A program made the position numbers and the translations under genes. From Oculina patagonica (taxonomy: Eukaryota), in assembly GCF_052425735.1 (NCBI RefSeq), contig NC_135761.1:8246001-8310000 (forward strand): a stretch of 64,000 bases of DNA, in the 5' to 3' direction. How positions within the stretch are numbered: position 1 is the stretch's first letter; each line of letters begins with the position of its first letter. Below the pieces are notes generated by a model. It was not told the DNA's origin, ran no database searches, and worked only from the letters and a program-made list of their open reading frames with translations. Positions 35,056 to 48,700 of this stretch are shown piece by piece.

Positions 35056-37085
35056 AAGTACAATCTCTTTGGTTCTGTTTGCGTGTTCTGGGGACATGTT
35101 TCAAAAGGAAAAATTGTCTGGCTTTTAACAGTCTCAAAAGTAGTAGATACTGTAAAATAAATTAATGCCATTCTTAAGAGACTATTGTAATGCAGCAGTA
35201 TGATTTTGTTTTGTTTGTTCAAGTTTTAAAATGGTGCTGGAATACTAAACAAAACTCGTGTTTGTTGTTGTGATAGTGATTAGCCAAGTTACTTCCGGTT
35301 CCAGACTGCGCGCGGTTTCGAGTTTGCAGTCCCTAGGCCCCTGCACATTTCAGATCGCTTTTAGTTGCACATAATAAACTTAGTGTGTGTGGTTCTAGAC
35401 TAGTACAAGACCAATCCTTCTGTATCTGTGCTGTGACAGTCTGCTAGCCCTTACACGCGTATTAAAGTACCAGACCCCTTCGGGGGAGGGGACTCCCATA
35501 TAAAAAGGACGGTGATGTTCGTTGTGTCGCTTCGGGGTGTTAATTACGAATTTGGGTCTCTCAAAAACACAGCAAATGCAAAAGAGGGTAACAGATGGCC
35601 AAAAGTGACGAAGATTGAAACCGATGTCATATGGGTTTTTGAAATATTGTTAGGATGAACACTTTTCAAAGTTAGTCTCGTTTGTTTGTGTCTTTAAATT
35701 ATAATGCACATGTGGTTGTTATGGTTTTATTAGGTCTGCGCTTCTGATTACCACTGGCACTCTGACCGTCGCTAGTGAAAAGCAGCCTTAGGCATTTACG
35801 TTAACATTTTATTGTAAGAAAGCAAGAGGCCTCTTCTCAAAGATTTATCAACGTTAAGTTTTTTTATTCAAGCGTTAATTCGTTTAACAGCACCTTGATT
35901 ATAACTCATACTCCTAATTTTTTAACTCATCTTATTCTTTCACTATTGTCTCAACCACAAACGCAGATAATTAAACATTCAATTTCAACACCTATTCACT
36001 CACCAATCCCAAACAGCAACACAACCCGGACCTGACTAGCCCCAGACCCTATTCAATATTTGTAAAAAGGCGGTGAAAAGCTGGGAAGAAATGACATATT
36101 CAAAATAGTAAGGGCGTCCGGGAATGCTGGTAACGTCTCCCTTTCGATTCGATAATTGTCTGCAAATCCTTCCATAAAGCCTTTGGGAGCGAGTCCACAT
36201 TAAAAGTTCGTTCACAGGCCCTTTCGAGTGTCACTGATGATTTTGTCAGTTTCTAGATATTTTTACGTATAGATTTTTTTATCGATAGCTCAAACATTGC
36301 TTACAAAAATATTTCTCAATCTAATCAGAATGGACAGAACGTGTATGTAACAGATGAAAAGCGTTGTAAGTATAAAATGTACAAAGCAGTTCATATAAGT
36401 GTATGAATGAAACCCGTCTCTGCATTGGATGTGTGCCAGAAGAATGAATCGTTCGAACGAATGTTATTGAAAAAGTAGATGTCAGATACATGTCTAGTTA
36501 AAGATGAATTCCAGTCCATACTGCGCAATCTCGGCTGCAATGTTTATGCGAGCCCACCACGAAGGAATGTTTACAAGCAAAACTAAAAATTCCACGACAA
36601 ACTTACGTTTTTCTTCATTATCAACGCCAGATATCCTTGCAGAACAAATAATAACGAGTAAAAGAACCTTGACGCTATTTCAAACCGACGTTTTAGCTCA
36701 TCGGAAGTCCTTGAACGAAACGAACTGTAATGGCGGACTAAAAAACTTCATGTATGCTGTCACCGAAGTGTAACGTTTCAACGAATTCAAAACAAAAACG
36801 AAAACAAACCCCGAGTCTGCGCAGTACGGACTGGAAATCAGCTTTAACTAGGTTTAACAAAATGAAAGTCAGCAACATAAAACTAAAAGATTATTATTTC
36901 ACATATATAGTTCAAGTAAGCTCTTGTATTTTCATTGTGCCAATTTTGAAGTCGACAGACAGCTGGAAAACGTCTATGAAGTAAACAATTTTAAACCGTG
37001 TTTAACAAAACAGCTTTAAAACGTGTTTTAGCTTTGGTGTGAGTGGGATATACCGGTAAGTTGAAACTACGTTTTAGTTTCGTAT

Positions 37086-39760
37086 TCAGTCTGTAGCGCA
37101 CAGTACTTCTTCATAGTATTCGTTAAACTTGGGAGGTAAAAGGTCGAAGTCCTCACTGAAGTCCTTCCAGGTTCTTGTTGATGACCTGCATGGCCCATTC
37201 AAACCTAAAACAACACGAATTGGATTAGCTAACTGAATTAGCTGTTAATGAAAGAACAGTTTTTTCAAGAAAAGTCCTAAAACTACTTGAGTTTGAATGT
37301 TACAACTGAAATTCTGTCACAAGTGACATATTCAAGAAGGGTTGAAAAAGTGTTTTACCATGGCTAGTTTTCGGCGGGAAACAAGCTTTGTCAGACTCGA
37401 CTGATTGTGGCGGGATAAAATGAAAATTGCTACCTACCTTGATTTTCTGACCAGAAATTTTCTAAAGCGAATATCACTTCAATCTCTCGGTTTTGACGTT
37501 TTAACATCTCAGTCTGTCGAGAAAAGATAACAACATGAAATGTAAACACGAGTCAAAAGATAGAACACAAAAAATAATCTCTGAAAAACAGATTTTTCAG
37601 ATTTTTATTATTTCACACTATTTACCAACATTTTTCACTATCACACACTATTTACAGAAAATTCATTGAAATAAGGAAAATAAAACAAGAATAAAGCCAA
37701 AATAAAATGTGCTCAGTGACCAAAGAAGCATATGCTATCGTGTTGGTTACTGACACGTTAAAAAAAACAGACAAGACACATCAATTAATAGAAACAATAG
37801 AAAAAGGAAGTAAAATGTGAATAACAAAAGTATGCGAAATAAACAAGTTACCATAAATGATCTAATAAACGCCCTCTCTCAAAAAAAACGCCTCGTATCT
37901 AATAAACACCCCCTCTAATAAACGCCCCGTGCCTAATAGACGCCCCCCTAAGGATCGCCTTGAAAACCAAGAAAACGCTCAATAGATTAACTTAGATTGA
38001 CTTGGACATCGATGCCAACATCGTTGACCCTCACAAACTCTGTTTTCTATTCTTACTCTGTGAGCAAACTACGCAAGCTTTTGTTTACCTGACGTTGTTA
38101 CAGTAAAAATGTAATAAACGGCTCTCTCTAATAAATGCCTCATATCTATTTAACGCCTCCCTCAGGACTCCTAAAATCATATAGACGCCCCGGGCGTCTA
38201 TTAGATCATTTACGGTAAATAAATAAATCATAATTAAGCTATATACAGAATACAGAGAAAACAACAATGAGTATCCAGGTCACGGATACTTAGCATACAG
38301 AACAGATTACTTTCATAACAGATTGTACACTAGCAAAATATACTTTTTTAATTACCTTGAGTCTGTTGAACTTGTTTAGAATCTTTTCCACTTCAAGCTT
38401 AATGGATAAAGGTTGCTCCTTTTCTGTTCTCATTTGCTAGAAAACAAAATTTGTACGTAAATACACTGGAATTGCGATCTCTCGAACCTCCAAGGGAAAC
38501 GAAAATTGCTTCGAGAAATTGGGAGTACAATTGCAGTGTTTGACTGAGGGGGGAGGGGGGGGAATCACTTTTGGTTAGAACAAATAAGGGTTGGAGAAAT
38601 CACAGGTAGCCCAAGCTCCTAAAGGAGCCGTCAACATATAGACCACATATGACATTGCCTAATAACATTATTATAAGGGTTTGTATGGGAATTTACGGAT
38701 CGTAGAAAATAATTCAAAATAGAGGAAAAATATTTGATAAAATTGACTTACCTATCCTCTTCTTTGCATATCTTGCGATTTGAAGCCATTTCAGTGGGAT
38801 TTAGGAAACCAGCGAACCTAAATCCCACTGAAATGGCTTCAAATCGCCCCCAAACGACATAGAAACACAAGATATGCATAGAAGAGGATAGGTAAGTCAA
38901 TTTTATGGAATATTTTTCATCTATTTTGAATTATTTTTTACGATCGGTAAATTCCCATACAAACCCTTATAATAATGTTATTACGCAATGTCATATGTGG
39001 TCTTTATGTTGACGGCTCCTTTAGGAGCTTGGGCTACCTGTGGAGAAATCAGGATTTCACTGTAACCTTTTTTTTACACATGATAATATAAAAATCTCAG
39101 TAAAATGTCTTTTATTTGTTTGAGATTTTTAAATTAAAGGAATGAGGAAGAGGGGTGGGACAGAGAGAAAGGACGGCTTGTGCAAAATAGATGTACCTTC
39201 ATCCCAGGAGCTCGCATTTGTGAAGAAATTACAGTGCATACACTGTACGGTACTTGATATCCAGCCGACTTACGGGCACAGTTTCCAAACAGGCGAACCA
39301 GCTCTTGTTCTAGGGTCATGCGCAGTTTAACCTAATGAATAGAGAAAAAAAAATTAAACAGAGGACTTACATTTTGCAACCAAGAAATAGAAGTAGGTAC
39401 ATTGTTTTTCATAAATTAGCAACTTTCTGGAGAATTCTGATTATCCACTACATTGAGGTAGCCCATTATAATTAATTATAAATACTACAGAAGAAAACAA
39501 TAACCCTGACTTTTACTGACATGTAACCCTAATAGTCAAGTTTTCTTAAGGCCATGTCACACGAGGCAATTTTCCTTGCTTAGTGCAACTTGCAACACTG
39601 AACATTACAAGTTGCAGGGAGGGTGTCACACTCGGAATTTTCTTGCACAAACTTAAAATGCACCTGCAGGAAAAAAATTCTCTTGATATGTAATAGTAAT
39701 TGGACTGAGTGGAGTACAATTCAGGGAGTAATTGGGCAAGTCATTTTGAAATCTTACTCT

Positions 39761-39795
<35 letters not shown>

Positions 39796-42700
39796 GTCGT
39801 GTCAATAACAAAATTTGAGGTTAGGAAATCTTTAGGAACCTTTTCTGTTAGAAAAAGTCAAAGGTAAATTCAATTGACAACAAAAAAGTTGAAAAACAGC
39901 AAGAAAAAACCCATTCAAATGCGTGTGATTGATGCACAGATGGTGTAGGTGTCCAATTACAGGTATCCAATTTGAAGTTGCTCAAATTGGATACCTGTAA
40001 TTGGACACCCACGTGATTGCGCGCCGATTAGGTGACAAATAGGCGTGCGCAGAACCAATCAAAATCGAGAATTTTGTTATAGATATGATTATACCTGTAA
40101 GCGAAGGACAAGCTCTGATTGGCTCATTTTAACAAAAAAAAAAAATGTGCTGCAAGTTGCAACTGACATGCCAAACGCAGCAACTTGCCCCTCAATGTTG
40201 CAAAAGGTAGAGAAAAGCCTACTTTTTTTGCAACTCGCCAACGTAACATTTTGTCGTATTGCAGGTTGCAAAATTGGGGTGTTAGACGTGAATTATTTTC
40301 GCCAACTGGCAATGCAATGTTTATCGCATAAGCATTTCCTGTTGTAAGGAACATTGCCTCATGTAACATGGCTTTTAGGGATTACAAGGCATTAAATGCA
40401 ACTCAGTCCACAAAATAAAGAAAGCTATGTCACCTTTTCTGTGTCATGTTGAGAGATCAGCTTCTCCAACTGGTTTATTTGTGCTGGATTCTGAAGGATG
40501 TGAAAGAAGAAAATACAAGTTGGCCAGTTAATTTGTTACACGTTGAGTTTCTCTTCGGCTTCAACTATGTGTATGTTTTTAGTAGATTATTGTGTATCTT
40601 TTCTTTTTTTATCTGAGTCGTTTCTAAATAGACTAACCAATGCATTGCTTCTTTATTGCACTTTGTTGATGCAACAACTTTCGAACAAGTTTTTGTTTTG
40701 GACATTCCAGTGCTAAAACAAGAAAGGCAACCAGGAATGCCATGCAACATGCCCAATGCAAAGGTCAAAGAAAAGAGCTTGGGACACGCAAAAAAGTCTT
40801 TTAGTGTCTCATTTTTGTTTTCCTCACTTCAAGCATCTCCCTGCCTCCCTGCCTGCCTTAATGTCATGGGTGAACAATCAGATGTTGATTGGTGTTATGT
40901 TACCCTTGAATACAGAGCGCAATGCTACAGGTGATAACTTTACCTGCCTACCAACCCCTACCTAACTATACCGACCTACCTAGCTAGAACCTAGCTACCT
41001 ACCGACCTACTTACCTACGAACCTACAGGTACCTACACATACATGTACAGGTGTACATACCTACAGTACCTATGATTTGAACAGACCCTTTTACCAACAG
41101 TGACTCACCTCATTTGAAGAATTTGATCTACTCTCGCTGTTTTTGCTGTTTATTAGGAAATCTTCATAACCAGGAATGCTAATTGGTATGGATGACATGC
41201 TGTACCTGTATTTAGGTAGATATGACCTCCAGGTTGGGTGTGATATGTGACTTGTACATTCTTCTGTTCTCAAGCTTTGATTGTTCTCACTTTTACTAAT
41301 GTCAGAAGATCTTGTCGACGACCTTTTCCTTCTGCCAGACTTGCCACCTCTTTCAGACACACCACTATCCTTCTTCTTTTCATTTCTTGGCTTGATTTTT
41401 GTGAAATTTATTTGTGGCTGTTGTTCAGCACAGTTTGTTACATCAGTATTTACTTCTTCTGCAAAAACTTTGGTGTGATCTTCTTTACACTCCATTCTCT
41501 TTAGGAGAGAAGAACCATCAGATGGGTGACCTTCTTGATAATTGTAAAAACTTGAGGAAGTCTCCATTGGGTCAGGTTTTTGAGGCACGTCCACATTGAC
41601 AAATTCATTTGACAATGTTTTACCACTATGCGGTTTGTCATTTTTTAATTGACTGTTATTGCATTTGTTAAGGTCTGTTTTATTACAAGACACTTGCACA
41701 TCAACCTTTTGGCTAGTTTCCAAGTATGAAGATATCTGAATCATTGCCTTGTCAAGACACTCATTTAATTTTTCTGGTCTGACTGTGTCTTCCTCACTCT
41801 CTGATGTCACAGTCACACCAGGTTTATGGACTGGCAAGGTTTTTGCATGTACTTGCTGGAGATCTTCGGCAACAGGTCCCTCTATGCTGTTTGGATAAGT
41901 TGGCACTGAAGTAAACTCCATGTTAAGGTTTTTAACATGATCCTCAGAGACAGCAGCTTCATTTGCTTTGTTGACAACTTCAGTTTTTCCATTGAGTTGC
42001 AACTCGTCAGAACTTACACCATCACAAGGTGGTTCCTGAAAATGCCAAGCTTCATAATCTTGTTTAGCCTGTACTTTGTTATTATTTTCTACAACTTCCT
42101 TAGACAACAATCTTGTACCGATAGCTTCCCTTTCTTTGCTAACTTCTATTTCATTAGTAAACTGGTAAGCATTTCCAGGAAAGCCATACACTGCTGGAAA
42201 ACTTTGTAAACACAAATCTTGTTTGTCAATATGATTGTTTCCATTGACTCCAAAATTTTCCTGTGGATTTATATACACTTTGACTTCTTGAGAACCTTGG
42301 AATGAATGCCCTTGTGGGAAAGAGGTCTTCGCATCTATGACTTGATCAAATCTTTCATCATATGAGCTTCTCTGAATGTAAGAACTATTTACACCATTGA
42401 TTTTCACTTCTGGCAAGTTGAAGTTGGGGTGACTGTACTCAGGGTTTGGGTGTGAGTTTTGAGGCTCAATTGAATAGTAGTCTCTTGATTTTTCTTCTGG
42501 AATCAACAGGCTCAGAACTGCTTCAGACCTTGCTAAGTCTGATGCACTGTAGTTTTGAGATGTTTGTAGCTTAGAATCTGCTCCATTATCCAAGAGAAAC
42601 TTTACAACCTGTTAAAGGAAAAAGGATGCTTTCATTAACAAAGAATGGAACTAGCAGTTTTCAAACCTTCAGTGCATGTGGGAGTACAACTGTATTTAGT

Positions 42701-45700
42701 GTATGTCGCAGTTGAAATTTGCTCTTTGTTTGAAATTGATTTTTTGTTGAACTGATTCAAAAAAATTTACAATGTAAGAATATTCTTTTAAAACTGAATT
42801 AAATAAGGAAATATTTCCACCAAATGATAAGAAAAACAACTCCATGCACTGTTTTCAATAATATTATGTATACCATGTTATCTAGCAAACAGACCTAGAA
42901 AACATTTTTTTTTGGTTTTGTGTTGCTCCAAATAAAACATACCACCCTTAAAAAAAAGATTTGGGGGTTTAACGTCCTTCCCCCCCCCCCCCAAAAAAAA
43001 AAAAAAAACCTTCCCCTCAGAATTTCCAATGGCCCTTCTTGGGGTGGGTATACAGATATTTCCTGAAACCACACAAAAAGTTATGTCCAATTTTCAATTT
43101 TTTGTATGTTTCTAATGTGGCATTTCTTTCACATGACAGCACAAAAGATCACTTTTTCTGCTAGAAGATACAAAATGTAATTTCTCCAGATTCCATTTAT
43201 TGGAAAAGTCAGGACAATTACTCAAGTTTTCCAAAAGTTGGCATGCATTGAGTTGACAGCTTATATAATTTTCATACAAGTCTATCGAGAATTCTGCCAG
43301 TTACAATATTATAAAACTTGAAACTCTAACTAACTTAAACTCATGAAAAAAATAGTACAAACCTTGACATGATCATTAATAACAGCATCATGCAATGGAG
43401 TAATATCTTCATAACCTAGACTATTAACATCGGCACCAGACCACACTAATTCTTGAACAATGCTGAGGTTGCCATAGTTACAGGCTTCATGGAGGGGTGT
43501 CCAACCTTAAAAATGTAATTCTCACTCAATTAGTAATGCTGACTCTACATGTAACTATGAAACGTATGTTACTTTTTCATGTATCATACTATGGTCCCAT
43601 TAAATATAACACCTCAGTAATAAAAGTTTTGAGATGTTCTTCCATACATTGACGTACATTGTACATGTATGCAAATTATTCAGCACTTTCAAAAGTCTTT
43701 TCTTGCTGTAATAATAATTATATTGTTATCTTCAGCACCCTTGGGTTAGATAAGTTCCTAGCATGCAGATGACATCAACAGAGGGTGTAGAGTCTGCATT
43801 TGAGCTTAGTGGCCCACAGGCCAATTCTGTATGGGATGCTAGTCCACTGCATGGGTACACCCCAGAACACGACAAAATGACCCCAGGACTGCTTAATCAA
43901 GAGCCCCATACACTAACCATTAGGCCACTGTGCTTCTCACAGAGATGACATCAATGGTACAATGTAGGTACAGTAACGCTCAGAAATAAGAGGACATCAC
44001 ATACACAGCTTACATGCCTATATACGCATACATACCCATACGCATACTCACCAGCATTATCCTTAGCATTAACTAAAGCTCCAGCTTTTATCAGTGCAAC
44101 AACATCCTCCAAATCCCCTCTTATGGCTGCCACATGTAGTGCAGTTTCTCCACGTTCATTCCTCTTTCGGATACGAGCCTCAATGAGATTGTCCTTGCTC
44201 GTGTCTTTCTTAGCTGCTCTGTTGGTAATTACAGGCAAATCATCGTTGCTGCTGGACTCAGAGTCTTGTCTCGCCTCCTTCGCTGTTACTTCAAGAAGAT
44301 ATTGCAGCTGCTGACGCTCTGTTAAAGGAAAATGAGGCCTGGAACCATCTGGTGGCCTTGGGGTTAGAGTGGCAGCATTTGGAATTTTTGGGCCAGCATG
44401 TCTCTTAGCTTCAAAAAAAAAAATTGAATTAACTATGCAAATCAATAATTTGATGAAGCCAGGTTGGTCCCATACTATATCTTATGGGACTCATATGGTT
44501 TCCTACATGTACATGAGGCTTCATCACATGTACACATGTAGACATACAATGTAATCTACCTGCATAAGTAATTTGGTTTCCTAATACATCCAGAACAAGC
44601 AGATTTTCCTGTCGGGCAAGTGATTTTCCTTGCTCACTCATGCAACTCACTTAGTCAACCATGCAACTGTCTTGGGCAAGCAAAATTGAGAGATGCTTGC
44701 CTCATGGGAAAACTGGAATTCACATTTTTGAGCCCTGTACATGTAGATCATACATTAGTTTATGAAGTCAATACAAAAATTATAAGATACCTTTATTAAT
44801 GTGAAGATTTTGTCCACTCTGCAGAAAAAGCTTTCTTTTTGATACAAGTTTCCCTGATTTCTTTTTATATGATGATTCCTAGATAAAAGAAAAATGTAAT
44901 GATAAATTTCTTACAAGTCCCAGGAGCTAATTTAAGTAAGGGGCTCTGACACATTTCTGATGTACATGTATCAAATTATCCCTGACCAAGCTGCTCACCA
45001 TGTATTGTTGTCATTGTCTTTTTTTGCATACCTTAACTTTAATGGTAAATAAACACTGCTACTACTGAAAAAGATTAAGTCGGAATTGAAAGACAAAGTT
45101 AACTTAAAAAAATTGGCCAGGGTTTTCGAGGTGCACCATCCATAACATGCTTTATTGAAAGTAAAGGCTGGTAACCATAGGATCAAAGGTGGTAAAACAG
45201 GGCTCTTAATTTATTGATCACAAACATAAGCAGAATTTTTGACCTGTGATTCTGAAATAATTGTCTTCTTTCCACTGGAATCATATGGAAATTTTGGGAA
45301 CCAGCTAGAAAAATGGTGACAGGGATTTTCAAAATCCAAAAAATAATAGTTACAGTAACTGGTTTTGCTACAAATGAAAAAATATTCAAATTACAGAGCT
45401 TGATTTGTAAATTAGATGCTGTAATGTATGTGAGATGTATGTAGGTATGTTGAGTTGCGTATAAAGTGATTTAAGTAAGTGAGTTGAGCACATGGCCACC
45501 TTTGAGCAGTTGTTAGCTTTTTTTGTCACGCTGCTCCTCTCGTTAATACTGTCAGTTAAAATGCCAACAAAGAAGTGTTCCATAATTTTCTTGATATTGA
45601 CCAGCTTCTTGATGGTGGTATCCTGGACACTGAGCTAATTAGTAAATAAACACCTTTAGGCAGCTAGTATATTGGAGGATAATGCCCAAGGCTGAAAGAT

Positions 45701-48700
45701 TGTCAAAAAATGAACAATTGGCCGAGAAGCATAGCTTCGAGGGAAACTGTGAAATTTTGAGGACAATCTTTCAACCAAGGGTATTATCCTCCAATATACC
45801 AGCAAGCCAGAAAGGGGTTTATTTATTTTATAACCCCCCCATCAATTTCAACAACATGCTTTATCGCCAGTAAATTTATAGGAAAAAAACCTACGTAATA
45901 AACCCAGCGCAACTGTGGTTGAAACAAATGTAAGTTGATTGGTTTACGTGATTTTTTAACTCTGTGATTTCATTAAAAGTTAGAATTAAATAAGGTGACT
46001 TCATTCGTTTGTTTTGTGCTTGCCTACAAAATCAGGCGACGGATATCAATTCGGACGGGATATATTCGTTGATACCCGCCGTCCAATTTTGTCCAATAAG
46101 GGGGCACAAAAATTAATTATTAGTGGGTTATAAACATGTAAATTTGTAGAGCATTCTAGATAAGTTTTTAAGGCAGGGTGTCATCAAGGAATTTCACAAC
46201 AGGTCAATTGCCACTGCTCCTACTAAATCATTTGAAATTACATGTACTGTATCTACTAATTTGGCAGGTCAGGTAGCTGACCTTGTTGGGTTTTTCTATA
46301 GAAAGAAGCCACAAGCTACTGCCCCTCGGATGGGATATTGCTAGTCCAATGCAGGGGCACCTTTCCCTTAGGCTAACAGTTCCCCATTAGAATTCAAACT
46401 AACAACACAAAACAAACGATGCAATACAAAAATCTAAAGTGTGCAGGCAGAACTACATGTAGCTGGGTCTTGATATTACATGCAGTCCTCATAGAAGAGA
46501 TTGATGGCTAATATTTTCCCAATGCAACGGGTAGCCTGACGGTCTTGTTGGCTTTTACTTACTTAGGCCCATCGCTCCAGGTGGAGCATAGGCCATTGAC
46601 AACAGCTCGCCAGCGAGCTCGAACTTGGGCTTTCCGCACAACATCTTGCCAAGCGAAACCCATAAACTTTAGCTCTGCTTCCGTGTCGCGACGCCAGCTG
46701 TTTTTGGGGCGACCTCTCCTTCTTTTTCCCTGGGGGTTCCAAGTCAAGGACTGGCGCGTGATGTTGCTTGGTTCTTTCCGCAGGGTATGGCCAATCCAGC
46801 CCCATTTTCTCTTTAGAATCTGCCTGCCAATTGGTTCTTGATCTCCTCGCTGCCACAGCTCCTCGTTGCGAATTTTCTCAGGCCACTAAATGTTAAAGAT
46901 ACGTCTCAGGCAACTGTTTATGAATGTTTGGATCTTCTGTAGTGCCTTTTTTGTGCGTCTCCACGTCTCTGAACCATTGAGGAGAACCGATTTAACATTA
47001 GAATTGAAAATGCGAAGCTTGGTTTCAGTCCTGATTTCCTTGGACTTCCAGATGTTTTTGAGCATGTTAAATGCTGCCCTTGCCTTGCCAATTCTTGCTC
47101 CTACATCTACATCCGTACCTCCACCCTTGTCAATAACACTGCCAAGGTATGTGAACGAGTCCACCTCCTCTAGCTGCTCTCCTTCTACTGTGATTGGATT
47201 CTCATTGATGGTGTTGATCCTCATGACCTTTGATTTATCCCTGTTGATCTTTAAACCAGCTCTTTCTGATGTTGCTGCCAATCCGGTGGTCTTACCCTGC
47301 ATCTGGTCATGGCTATGTGAAAGGAGAGCCAGATCATCAGCGAAGTCTAAGTCCTCCAGCTGTGTCCAAGGGGTCCACTGAATCCCATTCTTCTTTCCCT
47401 TGGTGGTGGTTCTCATAATCCAGTCTATAACAAGAAGAAACATGAAAGGTGATAGTAAGCATCCTTGTCGGACACCAGTCCTGACGTTGAAGCAATCTGA
47501 GAGCTGGCCCCTATGCACCACTCTGCATGACATTCCCTCATAAGTTCGCTGAATGAGTGTTATGATCTTTTCTGGTATGCCATAGTGTTTCAGCAACTTC
47601 CACAGTGTTTCTCTATCCACACTATCAAAGGCCTTCTCATAATCAATAAAGTTGACGTAAAGAGCCGAGTTCCACTCCAGGGATTGCTCCACTATTGTGC
47701 GAAGAGTGGCAATATGGTCTGTGCATGACCTGTCCTGTCTAAAGCCAGCTTGCTGGTCTCGTAGTTGGTTATCAACTGCTGCTTTCATTCGTTCTAAAAG
47801 AATTCTGTTTAGGACTTTGCCTGGAACTGATAAAAGCGTGATTCCCCTGTAGTTACTACAGACCCTCAAGTCTCCTTTCTTTGGTAGTTTAATGAGAAGC
47901 CCTTCTTTCCAGTCCTTTGGAATCTCTTCCTCCTCCCAGATGTTTTCGAATAGCCTGTACAGAATTTCAGTGGAAGTGCCTATGTCAACCTTGAGAGCTT
48001 CTGCAGGAACACTATCTGTCCCAGCTGCCTTACCATTCTTCAGTGCCTGGATTGCCTTTCTTATCTCCAGCCGTGGTTTAGCACAATTAATAGACAGCTC
48101 TGACTCTACTGGTGGTATATCCGGGGGGTCTTCTGGGCCCGGTCTATTTAGGAGCGCGCTGAAATGCTCCACCCATCTCTTTAGCTGTTCGCCTGTTGAT
48201 GTCAATGTTTTCCCCTGCTTGTCTTTAATTGGCTTGTCCGTTACTTGGTATCTAGCAGCGAGCCTCTTAGTTGTGTTGTAGAGCTCCTTCATGTTCCCCC
48301 GTGCTGCTGCTTCCTCCGCCTGCCTGGCTAGGTTGTCGATGTGGTTCCTCTCTGTATCTCTCTTTATACTCCTCCTCACCTCCTTGTGGGCCCTTGTGTA
48401 CTGTTGCTGTGCTGCTGCCTTACTTGCTCTTGTTCTACACGTGTTCAAAATTGCCTTCTTCGTCTTGCGCTCTTGGATCTTATGAAGAGTTCCAGCTGTC
48501 ATCCAGTCCTTATGTTGGGTTGTTTTCCTGCCAACAGTCTCCTCACATGTCTCAGTCCACATCTTCCTTGTCTGCTGCCACTTCTCTTCAAGCAACGCGT
48601 TTTCATCATCATAAAGCTGCTGGAGCACCTGGTACCTGTTGGCGAGGTTGATCTTGAACTTATCTGCAGTCTCCTTGTCTCTCAACAGGTCCACATTATA

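Noticed and set aside
36504-36984. Two short plus-strand ORFs
   Set aside because: No homology or splice support. They probably lie in or near the 3'UTR of the ankyrin gene.
41091-42593. 500-aa ORF as a stand-alone gene
   Set aside because: It is bounded by AG (42609-42610) and GTGAGT (41108) and continues the ankyrin repeat, so it is an internal exon.
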